Made by a program: the position numbers and the translations under genes. 64,000 bases of DNA from positions 86,056,001-86,120,000 of the forward strand of contig CM069133.1 in the NCBI GenBank assembly GCA_035221665.1, given 5' to 3'. This document shows positions 24,601 to 36,600 of this stretch, one piece after another. Source of the stretch: Okamejei kenojei. Lineage: Eukaryota. Below the pieces are notes generated by a model. The model did not search any database, was not told where the DNA came from, and saw only the letters and a list, made by a program, of their open reading frames with translations. Position 1 is the stretch's first letter. Each line of letters opens with the position of its first letter.

Positions 24601-27600
24601 TTCCCTTTATCATCGATACTTTTTTGCATATCTTTCATTCATTGTTCTTTATCTCTCACATCACCGTCTATATCTCTCGTTTCCCTGATCCCTGACCAGT
24701 CTGAAGAAGGGTCTCGACCCGAAACGTCGCCTATCTCCTTCGCTCCTTAGATGCTGCTGCACCCGCTGAGTTTCTCCAGCATTTTGTGTAACCCCCTATT
24801 CAAATTGCCTCTTTAGAGGAAAGATATAATAACATTAAAGAAGGTGCGGAGGCGTGCAGGATTTGAGGATATAGACAGAGCTAGTGACGTTTGGTTCTGT
24901 GGAAAAGCTAGCATTAGGTAATTGTCTTTTCAAATCGTGGATGATGACTAAATATCAATTCAAGATCTATAAAATTATAAGATGGGACATCCATCTCTAA
25001 AACAATGTCCACGGCAGCACCTGTACATTGTAGCCTGGTTGGATGTACAAAGCTGTGGGCTAGGCTGCAACAGCCATCTGGTAAAGCAGAAGGGTCCACG
25101 AGCATTGATGGACCTTTGCCCTTCAGAACATAGAAACATAGAAAATAGGTGCAGGAGTAGGCCATTTGGCCTTTCAAGCCTGCACCGCCATTCAAAATGA
25201 TCATGGCTGATCATCCAACTCAGTATTCCTTACCTGCCTTCTCTCCATACCCCCTGATCCCTTTAGCCACAAGGGCCACATCTAACTCCCTCTTAAATAT
25301 AGCCAATGAACTGGCCTCAACTACCTTCTGTGGCAGATAATTCCAGAGATTCACCACTCTCTGTGTAAACATTTTTTTTTCTCATCTCGGTCCTAAATGA
25401 TTTCCCCCTTATCCTTAAACTGTGACCCCTTGTCCTGGACTTCCCCAACATCGGGAACACTCTTCCTGCATCTAGCCTGTCCAACCCCTTAAGAATTTTG
25501 TACGTTTCTATAAGATCCCCCCTCAATCTTCTAAATTCTAGCGAACTCACCCATACAGCCTTTTCCTGACAATTCGAGACGTTAAAAAGCTGTTGAATTT
25601 TTTTTTTTTTAATCAAAAAAATAAAAATAAAAATGTTTTAAAGACCTACAAATACATTTAAAACAATTGTTTGACCATAAGTGGGATTTAGGACTTTGTT
25701 GCAGCACATTTAAAGCAGAGGGATTGTATGCAAAATATATCTGGCACCTTGGCTCAGCACAACTGGACTCGACGCTGAGTCCGGCGGTAGTGTGGACGTG
25801 TATGTTTTCAGTGTCCTGGGATGTCACTGATTTTCATTCTGAAGTTTGTTGGCAGTGAAGTCAGGAATGATCTGATGCATGAAAAGGACCTCACAGGCAG
25901 CTTATCTTCAAATCCCGGCAGAAGGATGGGTTGGTCCAATGATTCTGATGTATTTTTCATTTCTTGCATGTTATTCAATTAATAGGATTGATCTCCACTC
26001 CTGTGAATGTGAAAGTGTCGGGTTGGTCTTCGGGGTTGTCTCAGGCTCTGGAAGCGAAAGAAAAACTGCTTAAAATCATCAATGAGCGTCTCCAGACTGT
26101 GAATGAAGGGTGAGCCCTGTCAGATAATCTTTTAACTGGATGAGGTAAATTTCCTCCTCTTTTGTCTTGAGCTGTGTTGTTGGCACTCGCTGTTCAAAGT
26201 AAAAAGTCTGCATTGGGAACCAACTCAAAGCTGTGAAAACTCTGTCTATGCCAGTCGCATTTACATGGTGAATCAGGGAATTTGGCCATGATGGTATAAC
26301 AGTGTATGTCTGTGACTCGCATCACTTCACAGCTACTGTTCATTGAAGCATTATCTTTAAAGCACCATGATGATAAAACCCGAATACTAGATAGACAGTG
26401 GTCGTCTACCAATTCCAATGTTACATTGTTAAATACCATGATGCTTAGTCTCCAATCAAAGGATGCAAGTCCTCATATTTGGAGATAATGTTTTTATGAT
26501 ATATATATATAAATGACCTGGATGTGAATGTGGATGGGTTGGTTAGTAAGTTTTCAGATGACACAGCTGGGAGAAGGTTGTCAAAGTATACAGTGGGTTA
26601 TAGATCAGCTACAGAAATGGGTGGTGAAATCACATATCAGGTTTAAATTGAGCAAGTATGAGGTGTTGCCTTTTTGGGAGGCAAAATGTAATGTGGAAAA
26701 TATACAATGAATGTGATGCCCCATAACAGCATTGATATTCAGAGGGATCTTGGCATCTAAGTCCATAACTCTCTGAAAATAACAATACATTGATAGAATG
26801 GTTAAGTAAGTAAGTTTATTGGCCAAGTATTCACATACAAGGAATTTGCATTGGTGCTCCGCCCACAAGTAACAACATGGCATACAGTGACAGTTACGAA
26901 TGACTCAGAAAACACTAAACATTAATAATAATAAAACATTAATGATAAAACACCATTGATCAAGCATGTGAACCAACAAAATACCAGATCAAAGGGAGGC
27001 TACAGATTTTTGGCTGTTGAGTAGAGCAACTACTCGTGGATAAAAACTGTTTTTATGTCTAGCTGTGGCACCTTTGACAGTCCGGAGTCGCCTTCCAGAG
27101 GGAAGTGATTCAAAGAGTTTGTGGCCAGGGTGAGAGGGGCAGAGATGATCTTGCCCGCTCGCTTCCTGGACCTTGCAGTGTACAGTTCATCAGTGGAGGG
27201 AAGGTTGCAGCCAATAACCTTCTCTGCTGATCGGATGATTCGCTGCAGCCTCCAGGTGTTGTGCTTGGTGGCTGAGCCAAACCAGACCATGATGGAGAAG
27301 GTGAGAACAGACTCTACGATGGCCGTGTAGGACCATCATTACCTGTGGCAGATTGTTCTTCCTCAGCTGTTGTAGGAAGTACAACCTCTGTTGTGGCTTT
27401 TTGACTGCGGAGTCGATGGTAGCCCCCCACTTAAAGTCCTTGGAGATGATGGTTCCCAGGAACTTAAAAGACTCCACAGATGTGACTGTAAAGAAGGAAA
27501 ATGGTGTGCTTGCCTTCACTGGTTGAGTCATTGAGTATAATAGTCAGGATGTCATGATGCAGTTTTATTCGTTAGGCCATATTTGGAGTAATGTATACAG

Positions 27601-30600
27601 TTCTGGTTGCCCCATTACAGGAAGGATATGGAGGCTTTGGAAAGGGTTCCAAGGATGTATACCAGAATTATACCTGGATTAGGGGATATTAGCTGCAGGG
27701 AGAGGTTAGGTTGCTTTCTCTGGAGTGCCAGAGGTTAAGGGGAGGCCTGTTAAAAGTATATAAAATTATGAGAGGCATAGATAGGTGAGACAGACAGAAC
27801 CTTTTTCCCAGGATAGAAATATCAAATAGTAGGGGACATTGCTTTAAGATGGTAGGGGCAAAGTTTATTGGAGATATGTGGGGAAAATGTATTTTACAGA
27901 GGGTGCTTAGTGCTTGGATCAAGCTGCTGTAGATGCTGGTGAAGGCAGATACGATTAAGAGTATTTAAGAGACATTTGGATAGGCAACATGCCTATGGAG
28001 GGAAATGGATTATGTGCAGGCCGATAACAGTTTGTCTTAGCATTATGTTCGGCACAGACATTGCAGGCCAAAGGGCCTGTTCCTGTGCTGTACTGTTCTA
28101 TGTTATCTTTATGTTTTTTTGCAACAGTTTAATACAAAAAAAAATCTTCTCAGTTGTCAAATCTCTTCTAATCTTAGGAAGCACAATTTTTAGGGTGAAC
28201 CTTTTTCATTTTCTATTTGGTAAGGATGTCTCAATTTCACTCCAAAATGGCAGCTGTCATTTGCTCTGTTCCAAATATCCCTCAAGGCTTTTATCTTTCC
28301 CATGGTCTGATGCCCAGAAGTAAAACTCCCGATGTGGACTGACAGTAATCACTCCATCTGAAACATCACTATCTTGCTCAGAACATGGCCATGTAATCCA
28401 GTGTTTTCAGCAGACATTTAATATTCAGTTCATTACTGGGTTGTGGGCATTTATTCTGGGCAGAAATGCATCAATAAGTAAAATGCACCTTACCTCACAT
28501 TTAAGAATCCATATAAATTCCACTCTAGATAATTCTTAGAATGAATAGATGGCATGTCTGGTCAGGGCCCTGCAGACTGATTGTAGTGTGGAGGTGGGCG
28601 GGAAGAGAGGTGAAGGCAGGATACTGGCAAGGGTATTGGTTATTAAGTATTGGTGAATATGTCTGGATTATCAACTTGTCAATAAACTTGTTTTGTAATT
28701 CATAATCAGCTTAATCTCCAAAATAAAGGACGTACCATTTCCAGAAAACACCTGTGCAGCACAGCACCTCCTACTCTTTATTTCAGCCCTCATTCCTAAG
28801 GCGCTTGCATCGCTGTTGACTTCCTTCACAATTGCGCTCGCTGGATCAAACCAGGTACCCTCACTATTTATAAGACATGGACTATTGTAGAATAAAATTG
28901 ACCTTTAGTTGTTATTATTGATCAGAGTGTGCATACTAATGGAAGTGTTGGTTTCAGTGTGCTTCCTTCCTCCTTTTGTAGCCTGAACATTTCTTTTGCA
29001 GAGTTTAATATTGCAAACTGTTTATTAATAGAATATTGACTGGCCTTGAGGGGGATACGACATATATTGCCTGAAGTAGATTCATATTGCCCGAGTCGAA
29101 GACGAGGGCAATATGGATCTAGTGAGGGCAATATATGTCGTATCTCCCGAAAGAGGACAGTCAATATTGTTATTATTACCCATATCAGACATCTAGAGGA
29201 AAATTTGAACATCTCAGCTCGGCGGACTTCCACGTAAAATTTAACCAAAATGGACGCGGCAGTCTTCCTGTCTGCCGTTTGAATATTCTAAATTTCCCAC
29301 GCAGCGTCACGTTGCCGTCACGTTGCCAAGTTCCCGGATGTGAGACCAGGGGAATATAAGACTATATTCCCCGCTGTTTTAACAGGTAAAGTCCATAGGC
29401 GTTCGCAAGAAAGGGGAATACAAGAAAATATTCCCCTGTTACCCCTGCTGGCAGTAAAAACGAAGGGAATACAATTTTGTAAAAGCATACCTCAGATGTG
29501 TGATATGGGTAATAATAATGTTTATTTGCCTGTCCCTTCTGTGTTTCTGTGCTACGTTGTACTGTTTCCTCAGATTGCCTCTTTCACAATCCCATAGCTT
29601 TGTCTCAGTGGCCGATATGTTGGTGTCATCCCAAACTTCCTGTGTCGGATAAATTGGCGCATTGAACTCTGTAAATTAATGAAAGTTCATTTAATAATTA
29701 TTCACGATTTACTGAGGAAACTAGTTAGAAATTAGTTTAAATATGCCTTCTATTCATGATCATTGCATTTGTGCCCTCTTTAATATCCTGATGTAATCTG
29801 TGAAATTACGGTTACTCACATATTTACATTGAGCTTCATCTGATAGTTGACATAACTTCACATAAAAAACAAAGATGTGGAAAATGTTCTGGAGGAAAAT
29901 ATGCTTTTATTCTTGGAAATGGAGGGGTTGAGGAAGGGAATTCCAGATCTTTGAGCCTCTGTAGCTGGAGGCTAATTGATTATTTGTAGTGCAAATTAAT
30001 GATATGCAATGTTCAAAATTGCCTGTTCAAAGAATACACCTGACCAACCAAAAACAAATCTACACCGGAATTAGGCCTAGAAAGAGATATATAAACACAT
30101 TCAATAATCATATGCTTGCACGGACTCAATCACCCCCCACAAGAAAGATTATGGAATTTATGGGGGCAATCAAATCCCTCTTCCCCTCTCTTCCNNNNNN
30201 NNNNNNNNNNNNNNNNNNNNNNNNNNNNNNNNNNNNNNNNNNNNNNNNNNNNNNNNNNNNNNNNNNNNNNNNNNNNNNNNNNNNNNNNNNNNNNNNNNNN
30301 NNNNNNNNNNNNNNNNNNNNNNNNNNNNNNNNNNNNNNNNNNNNNNNNNNNNNNNNNNNNNNNNNNNNNNNNNNNNNNNNNNNNNNNNNNNNNNNNNNTC
30401 TACCCTCCCCACCACTCCCCTCTCCCCTCCCCCTCCCCTCTCACCCCCCCGTCTCCTCCCCTCTCCATCTCCCCTCCCTCCCTCCTTCTCCCTCCCCCCT
30501 TCTCTCCCCTTCTCCCCCCTTCTCCCCTCCCCCTCCCCCCTCCCCCCCTCACCCCCCACTCCCCCTCCTCTCCCTCCCTCCCCTCTCCTCTCCCCCTCCC

Positions 30601-33600
30601 CTCTCTACCCCCTCTCTCGCCCTCTCTCTCCTCCTCTCCCCCCTCCCCTCTCCCCATCTCCCCTCCCCCTCATCCCTCCCCCTCTCCCTTCCCCCCACTC
30701 TTCCTCCCTCCCCCTCTCTCCTCCCCTCCCCTCTTAACCCCCCCTCTCCCCCCTCTCCTCACCCTCTCACCCCTCTCTCCCCCCCCTCGCTCCCCCCTCT
30801 CTCTCCCCCCTCCCCCTCTCCCTTGCTTCTCTCCTCCCCCCTCCCCCCTTCTCTCCCCATCTCTCCCTCCTCCCCTCTCCCCCTCCCTTCCCCCTTCTCC
30901 CCTCCCCCCTTCTCCCCTCCCCCCTCTCACTTCCCCCCCTCTCCCCAATCAGAATATACAGTGGCTTGCAAAAGTTTTCATACCCCTTGAACTATTCCAC
31001 ATTTTGTCACGTTATAACCACAAACGTAAATGTATTTTATTGGGATTTTATGTGATAGACCAACACAAAGTGGTGCATAATTGTGAAGTGGAAGCAAAAT
31101 GATACATGGTTTTCAAATTTTTTTACAAATAAAAAACTGAAAAGTGTGGCGTGCAAAAGTATTCAGCCCCCTTTACTCTGATATCCCTAAATAAATAAAG
31201 CAGGGTTAGGTTATAAAAAAATATCCCAAGCTTTGAACATCTCACGGAGCACTGTTCAATCCATCATCCGAAAATGGAAAGAGTATGGCACAACGCAAAC
31301 CTACCAAGACATGGCCGTCCACCTAAACTGACAGGCCGGGCAAGGGGAGGATTGATCAGAGAAGCAGCCAAGAGGCCCATGGTAACTCTGGAGGAGCTGC
31401 AGAGATCCACAGCTCAGGTGGGAGAATCTGTCCACAGGACAACTATTAGTCATGCACTCCACAAATCGGGCCTTTATGGAAGAGTGGCAAGAAGAAAGCC
31501 ATTGTTGAAACAAAGCCATAAGATGTCTTGTTTGCAGTTTGCCACAAGCCATGTGGGGGACACAGCAAACATGTGGAGGAAGGTGCTCTGGTCTGATGAG
31601 ACCAAAATTGAAGTTTTTGGCCTAAATGCAAAATGCTATGTGTGGCGGAAAACTAACACTGTTTACTATCACCCTGAACACACCATCCCCACTGTGAAAC
31701 ATGGTGGTGGCAGCATCATGCTGTGGGGATGCTTTTTCTTCAGCAGGGACAGGGAAGCTGGTCAGAGTTGATGGGAAGATGGATGGAGCCAAATACAGGG
31801 CAATCTTGGAAGAAAACCTGTTAGAGTCTGCAAAAGACTTGAGACTGGGTCGTTGTCCTGCTGGAGGTTCACCTTCCAGCAGGACAACGACCCTAAACAT
31901 ACAGCCAGAGCTACAATGGAATGGTTGAGATCAAAGCATATTCATGTGTTAGAATGGCCCAGTCAAAGTCCAGATCTAAATCCAATTGAGAATCTCTGGC
32001 AAGACTTGAAAATTGCTGTTCACAGACGCTCTCCATCCTATCTGACTGAGCTTGAGCTATTTTGCAAAGAAGAATGGGCAAAAATTTCAGTCTCTAGATG
32101 TGCCAAGCTGGTAGAGACATACCCCAAAAGACTTGCAGCTGTAATTGCAGCGAAAGGTGGTTCTACAAAGTATTGACTCAGGGGGGCAGAATACTTTTGT
32201 ACTCCACATTTTTCAGTTTTTTATTTGTAATAAAATGTGGAAACCATGTATCATTTTCCTTCCACTTCACAATTATGCACCACTTTGTGTTGGTCTATCA
32301 CATAAAATCCCAATAAAATACATTTACGTTTGTGGTTGTAATGTGACAAAATGTGGAAAAGTTCAAGGGGCATGAACATTTTGCAAGCCACTGTAACTAC
32401 TATTATTCTAGCTTTTAATTTCTTAGGTGTGTATTCTGAGCTGAGATGGTAGTCTGTTGGCTGCAATCTGAATTGGAAACATTTTGAAAGAAGATTGATG
32501 GTCAAATATGAATTTTTAACATGAACTTACAATAGGAATACATTTTGAGTGTATATTTGGGAAGAACATTTTGGAAAGTGTCATGACCTTTAATGGAATC
32601 ATGACCTTTCATGGGCCCATTTGATTTTTTTTGTATGTTTGACAACCTTCCAGTTTTAGACTTTTCCCCAAAATGCACATTGGAGGCTTTAGAGCAAGCA
32701 TGAAGGTTTTTGCCACAAGAGGGCCTCGGCAATGTACCAAAGTAGAAATGTATGTTCGCTTCAATGGTTGAAGCTGAATGTAGTTAGACCCAATAGCTCC
32801 CCTTTATATTCAAGCAGCTATTTTTGTTGATGTGTCTCTAGGGCCTGCAGATGGTCTCGTAGCTAATACTACGCATGGTTATCTGTGAAGATATTTTCAA
32901 TCAATATTTGAACAAAATGTTCTCAATGTTGCATATTGTACATACAGATGTAACTGTATACCAGGTACTACTATAACACGATAGTTGCATTCTTGTGAAA
33001 CCTCGCCCTATATAAAATTGTATTATAAAAACAATTGTGTCAATGAGGAATAAGGGTTAGGGGCTGGAGAGTTTCAGATTCTTACTTACTTAGCCTTAGT
33101 TCCTCCCACACTGTTGATTGCATTGGGCAGCAAGCTTTCGCCATTCTGTTCAATCTTGTGCGACATCTTCCACCCTCGATAGGTTAGCGTTTCGGGCTTC
33201 CAAGTCCTTCTGGAATGTTCGCCTCCATGTGAGTTTTGGTCGGCCTCTTTTCCTTCTTCCGTCAGGTTGCCATAGGGTCATTGGTATCTTAGGTGCATGT
33301 TCTGGTGACATTCTGAGTACATGCCCAGCAAATTTCATCCTGCGTACCTCTATGCCCTGGCTGTGAGGCTTTGTTGCTGTTTCCCGGTAGATCTCCTCTT
33401 TGTGATGTGGCCTCTGTAGCTAGTCTTCAGGATCTTCCTCGAGCAGAGTTGTTGGAATGCATCCAATTTCTTTTTCATCTTCACTTTGACTTTCCATGTC
33501 TTACTGGCATAGAGGGCTGTACGGAGGACTACGGACTGGAAGAGCTTGACTTTTAGCATCTTGGATATCCCGCCACTAGACCATTTTGGCTGCATTCTTC

Positions 33601-36600
33601 TGAAGACTGATGCAGCTTTACCAATTCGGGAGTTGATGTCGACCTCTACATCTCCATCTTGGACATGTTGAACATGTTGCCAAGATACGTAAATCTTGTG
33701 GCGTTTTCCACAGGTTTCCGATTGATTATCAGTTGGTCTATTGGCTGCTGGTCTCCAGTCTGCATGGTCTTAAGTCTTCTGGCAGCTGATCTTCAATCCA
33801 ACCTTTGATGCATTCTCCTCCAGTCATCACTTGAAGGGTGTGTCTCGACTCTGCTAGTAGTGCAATGTCATCAGCAAAATCTAGGTCTGTGAGGCATCTT
33901 CCAGTTCTCCACGGTATTCCAAAGTCACGTGTATTCATTGTCTTCCGCAAGGCATAGTCGATCGTGACAATAAACAGTAAGGGGGATAGAAGACAACCTT
34001 GTCTTACCCCTGTGACAATGTTAAAGAATTCTGCGTTTCCAGAATCAATCTTCACGCAACAACTGGATCCCGCATAAAGATTCTTGAAGATGTTGATGAA
34101 AGCCTCTGGTATGCCATACACTAAGAATTCGCCACAGGGGTGTCTGTACACTATCGAATGCCTTTTTGAAATCATAAAAAGTTTATTAGTATTGGCTTCT
34201 GAAATTCCGGGCATTGTTCTACCACATTTCGTAACATAAAGATCTGTTCGCTGCAGGATCTTTCCATGCGGAATCCTGCTTGTTCATCACAGGGTTTCAT
34301 ATCCAGACTCGCAGTAACAATTTTTTTTTCACACAAGAATTTCAAAAATAAACATCTTTTTAATAGCTATAACTTTTTGTTTAAAATATTAAAGGCTTTA
34401 TGTAACATAGAACATAGAAACATGGAGCAGCACATGGAAAATAGGTGCAGGAGTAGGCCATTCGACCCTTCGAGCCTGCTCCGCCATTCAATATGATCAT
34501 GGCTGATCATCCAACTCAGGATCCTGTACCTGCCTTCTCTCCATACCCTCTGATCCCTTTAGCCACAAGGGCCACATCTAACTCCCTCTTAAATATAGCC
34601 AACGAACTGGCCTCAACTACCTTCTGTGGCAGAGAATTCCACAGATTCACCACTCTCTGTGTGAAAAATGATTTTCTCATCTCGGTCCTAAAAGACTTCC
34701 CCCTTATCCTTAAACTGTGACCCCTTGTTCTGGAGTTCCCCAACATCGGGAACAATCTTCCTGCATCTAGCCTGTCCAACCCCTTAAGAATTTTGTAAGT
34801 CTCTATAAAATCCTCCCTCAATCTTCTAAATTCCAGCGAGTACAAGCCAAGTCTATCCAGTCTTTCTTCATATGGAAGTCCTGCCATCCCAGGAATCAGT
34901 CTGGTGAACCTTCTCTGTACTCCTTCTATGACAAGAATGTCTTTCCTCAGATTAGGAGACCAAAACTGTACGCAATACTCCAGGTGTGGCCTCACCAAGA
35001 CCCTGTGCAACTGCAGTAGAACCTCCCTGCTCTTGTACTCAAATCCTTTTGCTATGAATGCCAACATACCATTCGCTTTCTTCACAGCCTGCTGCACCTG
35101 CATGCCTACTTTCAATGACTGGTGTACCATGACACCCAGGTCTCGTTGCATCTCCCCTTTTCCTAATCGGTCACCATTGAGATAATAGTCTGTCCCTTCT
35201 GTTTTTGCCACCAAAGTGGATAACCTCACATTTATCCACATTATACTGCATCTGCCATGCATTTGCCCAACCTATCCAAGTCACCTTGCAGCCTCCTAGC
35301 ATCCTCCTCCCAGCTAACACTACCCCCCAGCTACGTGTCATCCGCAAACCTGGAGATGTTGCATTCAATTCCCTCATCCAGATCATTAATGTATATTGTA
35401 AATAGCTGGGGTCCCAGCAATGAGCCTTGCGGTACCCCACTAGTCACTGCCTGCCATTCTGAAAATGACCCGTTTACTCCTACTCTTTGCTTCCTGTCTG
35501 CCAGCCAGTTCTCTATCCACATCAATACTGAACCCCCAATACCATGTGTTTTAAGTTTGTATACTAATCTCTTATGTGGGACCTTGTCGAAAGCCTTCTG
35601 AAAGTCCTGATATACCACATCGTTTAATAAACATTGTTTAATAAAGTATCAGTGCTTACAAATCTGTTTTACTGCAGTTACGAATAAGAGTGTAATTGTG
35701 CCGCTCCGGTACATATGACAATAAAACTCTTTTGATGATTATTCAATAAATACTGGAATCGTGGAAGCTAAAAAATGGAGACATACTAATTGTGCTATCT
35801 TAGATCATATACAAATTACCAAAGAGAAGTAATGAGTGTTTTTAAAGTGAATTAAGATGGATAAATCCACCAGGGCTTGACCAAGTCCATCCTTGGACCT
35901 TGTTGGAAGCTAGAGAAGAATATGCAGAGGCCCTTTTTTACATAATCATAGGTGAAGTTTTGTAAGTCTGGAGGGTAGCAAATGTTGTACTGTTACTTAA
36001 AAAGGGCAACGCTGACAAGCCAGGGATCTATAGGCCGGACATCAGGGATCTGTAGGCCGGGCATCAGTGATTGGTCAGTTGTTGGAAGGAATTCTCAAGG
36101 CACAGGATCTACTGAGCACGGATAGGCATGGACTGATTAGGATTAGTCAGCATAGTTTGTGCATGAGAAGAGCTCACCAAGGGGACCGATAGGAACAAGG
36201 CAGTGGACGTTGTCTACATGGACCTTAGCAAGGCCTTCATGTGTGGTAGTGTGGTTGGTTGGACTGGCGAGCTAGCCAATTTTATTAAAATGTGGCACGA
36301 AGGAAACAGTCAAAGGGTTTTTCTGATTGGACACGTGTGGCCAGTAGAGCACTGCAATAGTCAGTACTGGGTCCACTGTTGCTTGTTGACTACATAACGA
36401 TTCAGGTGACAATGTAGTTAATGTCGTCAGTTGAGAAAGGATGTCTAAGTTTGTTGCAGGATCCAGATATGTTGGCAAGGGAGACCAAGGAATGGCCAGT
36501 GGAATTTAAGTCTGACAAGTGTGAGGTGTGGCACATCGGAATGCCAATACAAGGTAGGGCATGTACAGTAAATGGTAAAGCTCTAGAGAGTGTTGCAGGC

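Noticed and set aside
29989-31102. Long Pro/Ser/Leu-rich and Gly-rich ORFs
   Set aside because: Artefacts of an N gap plus the C/T low-complexity tract.
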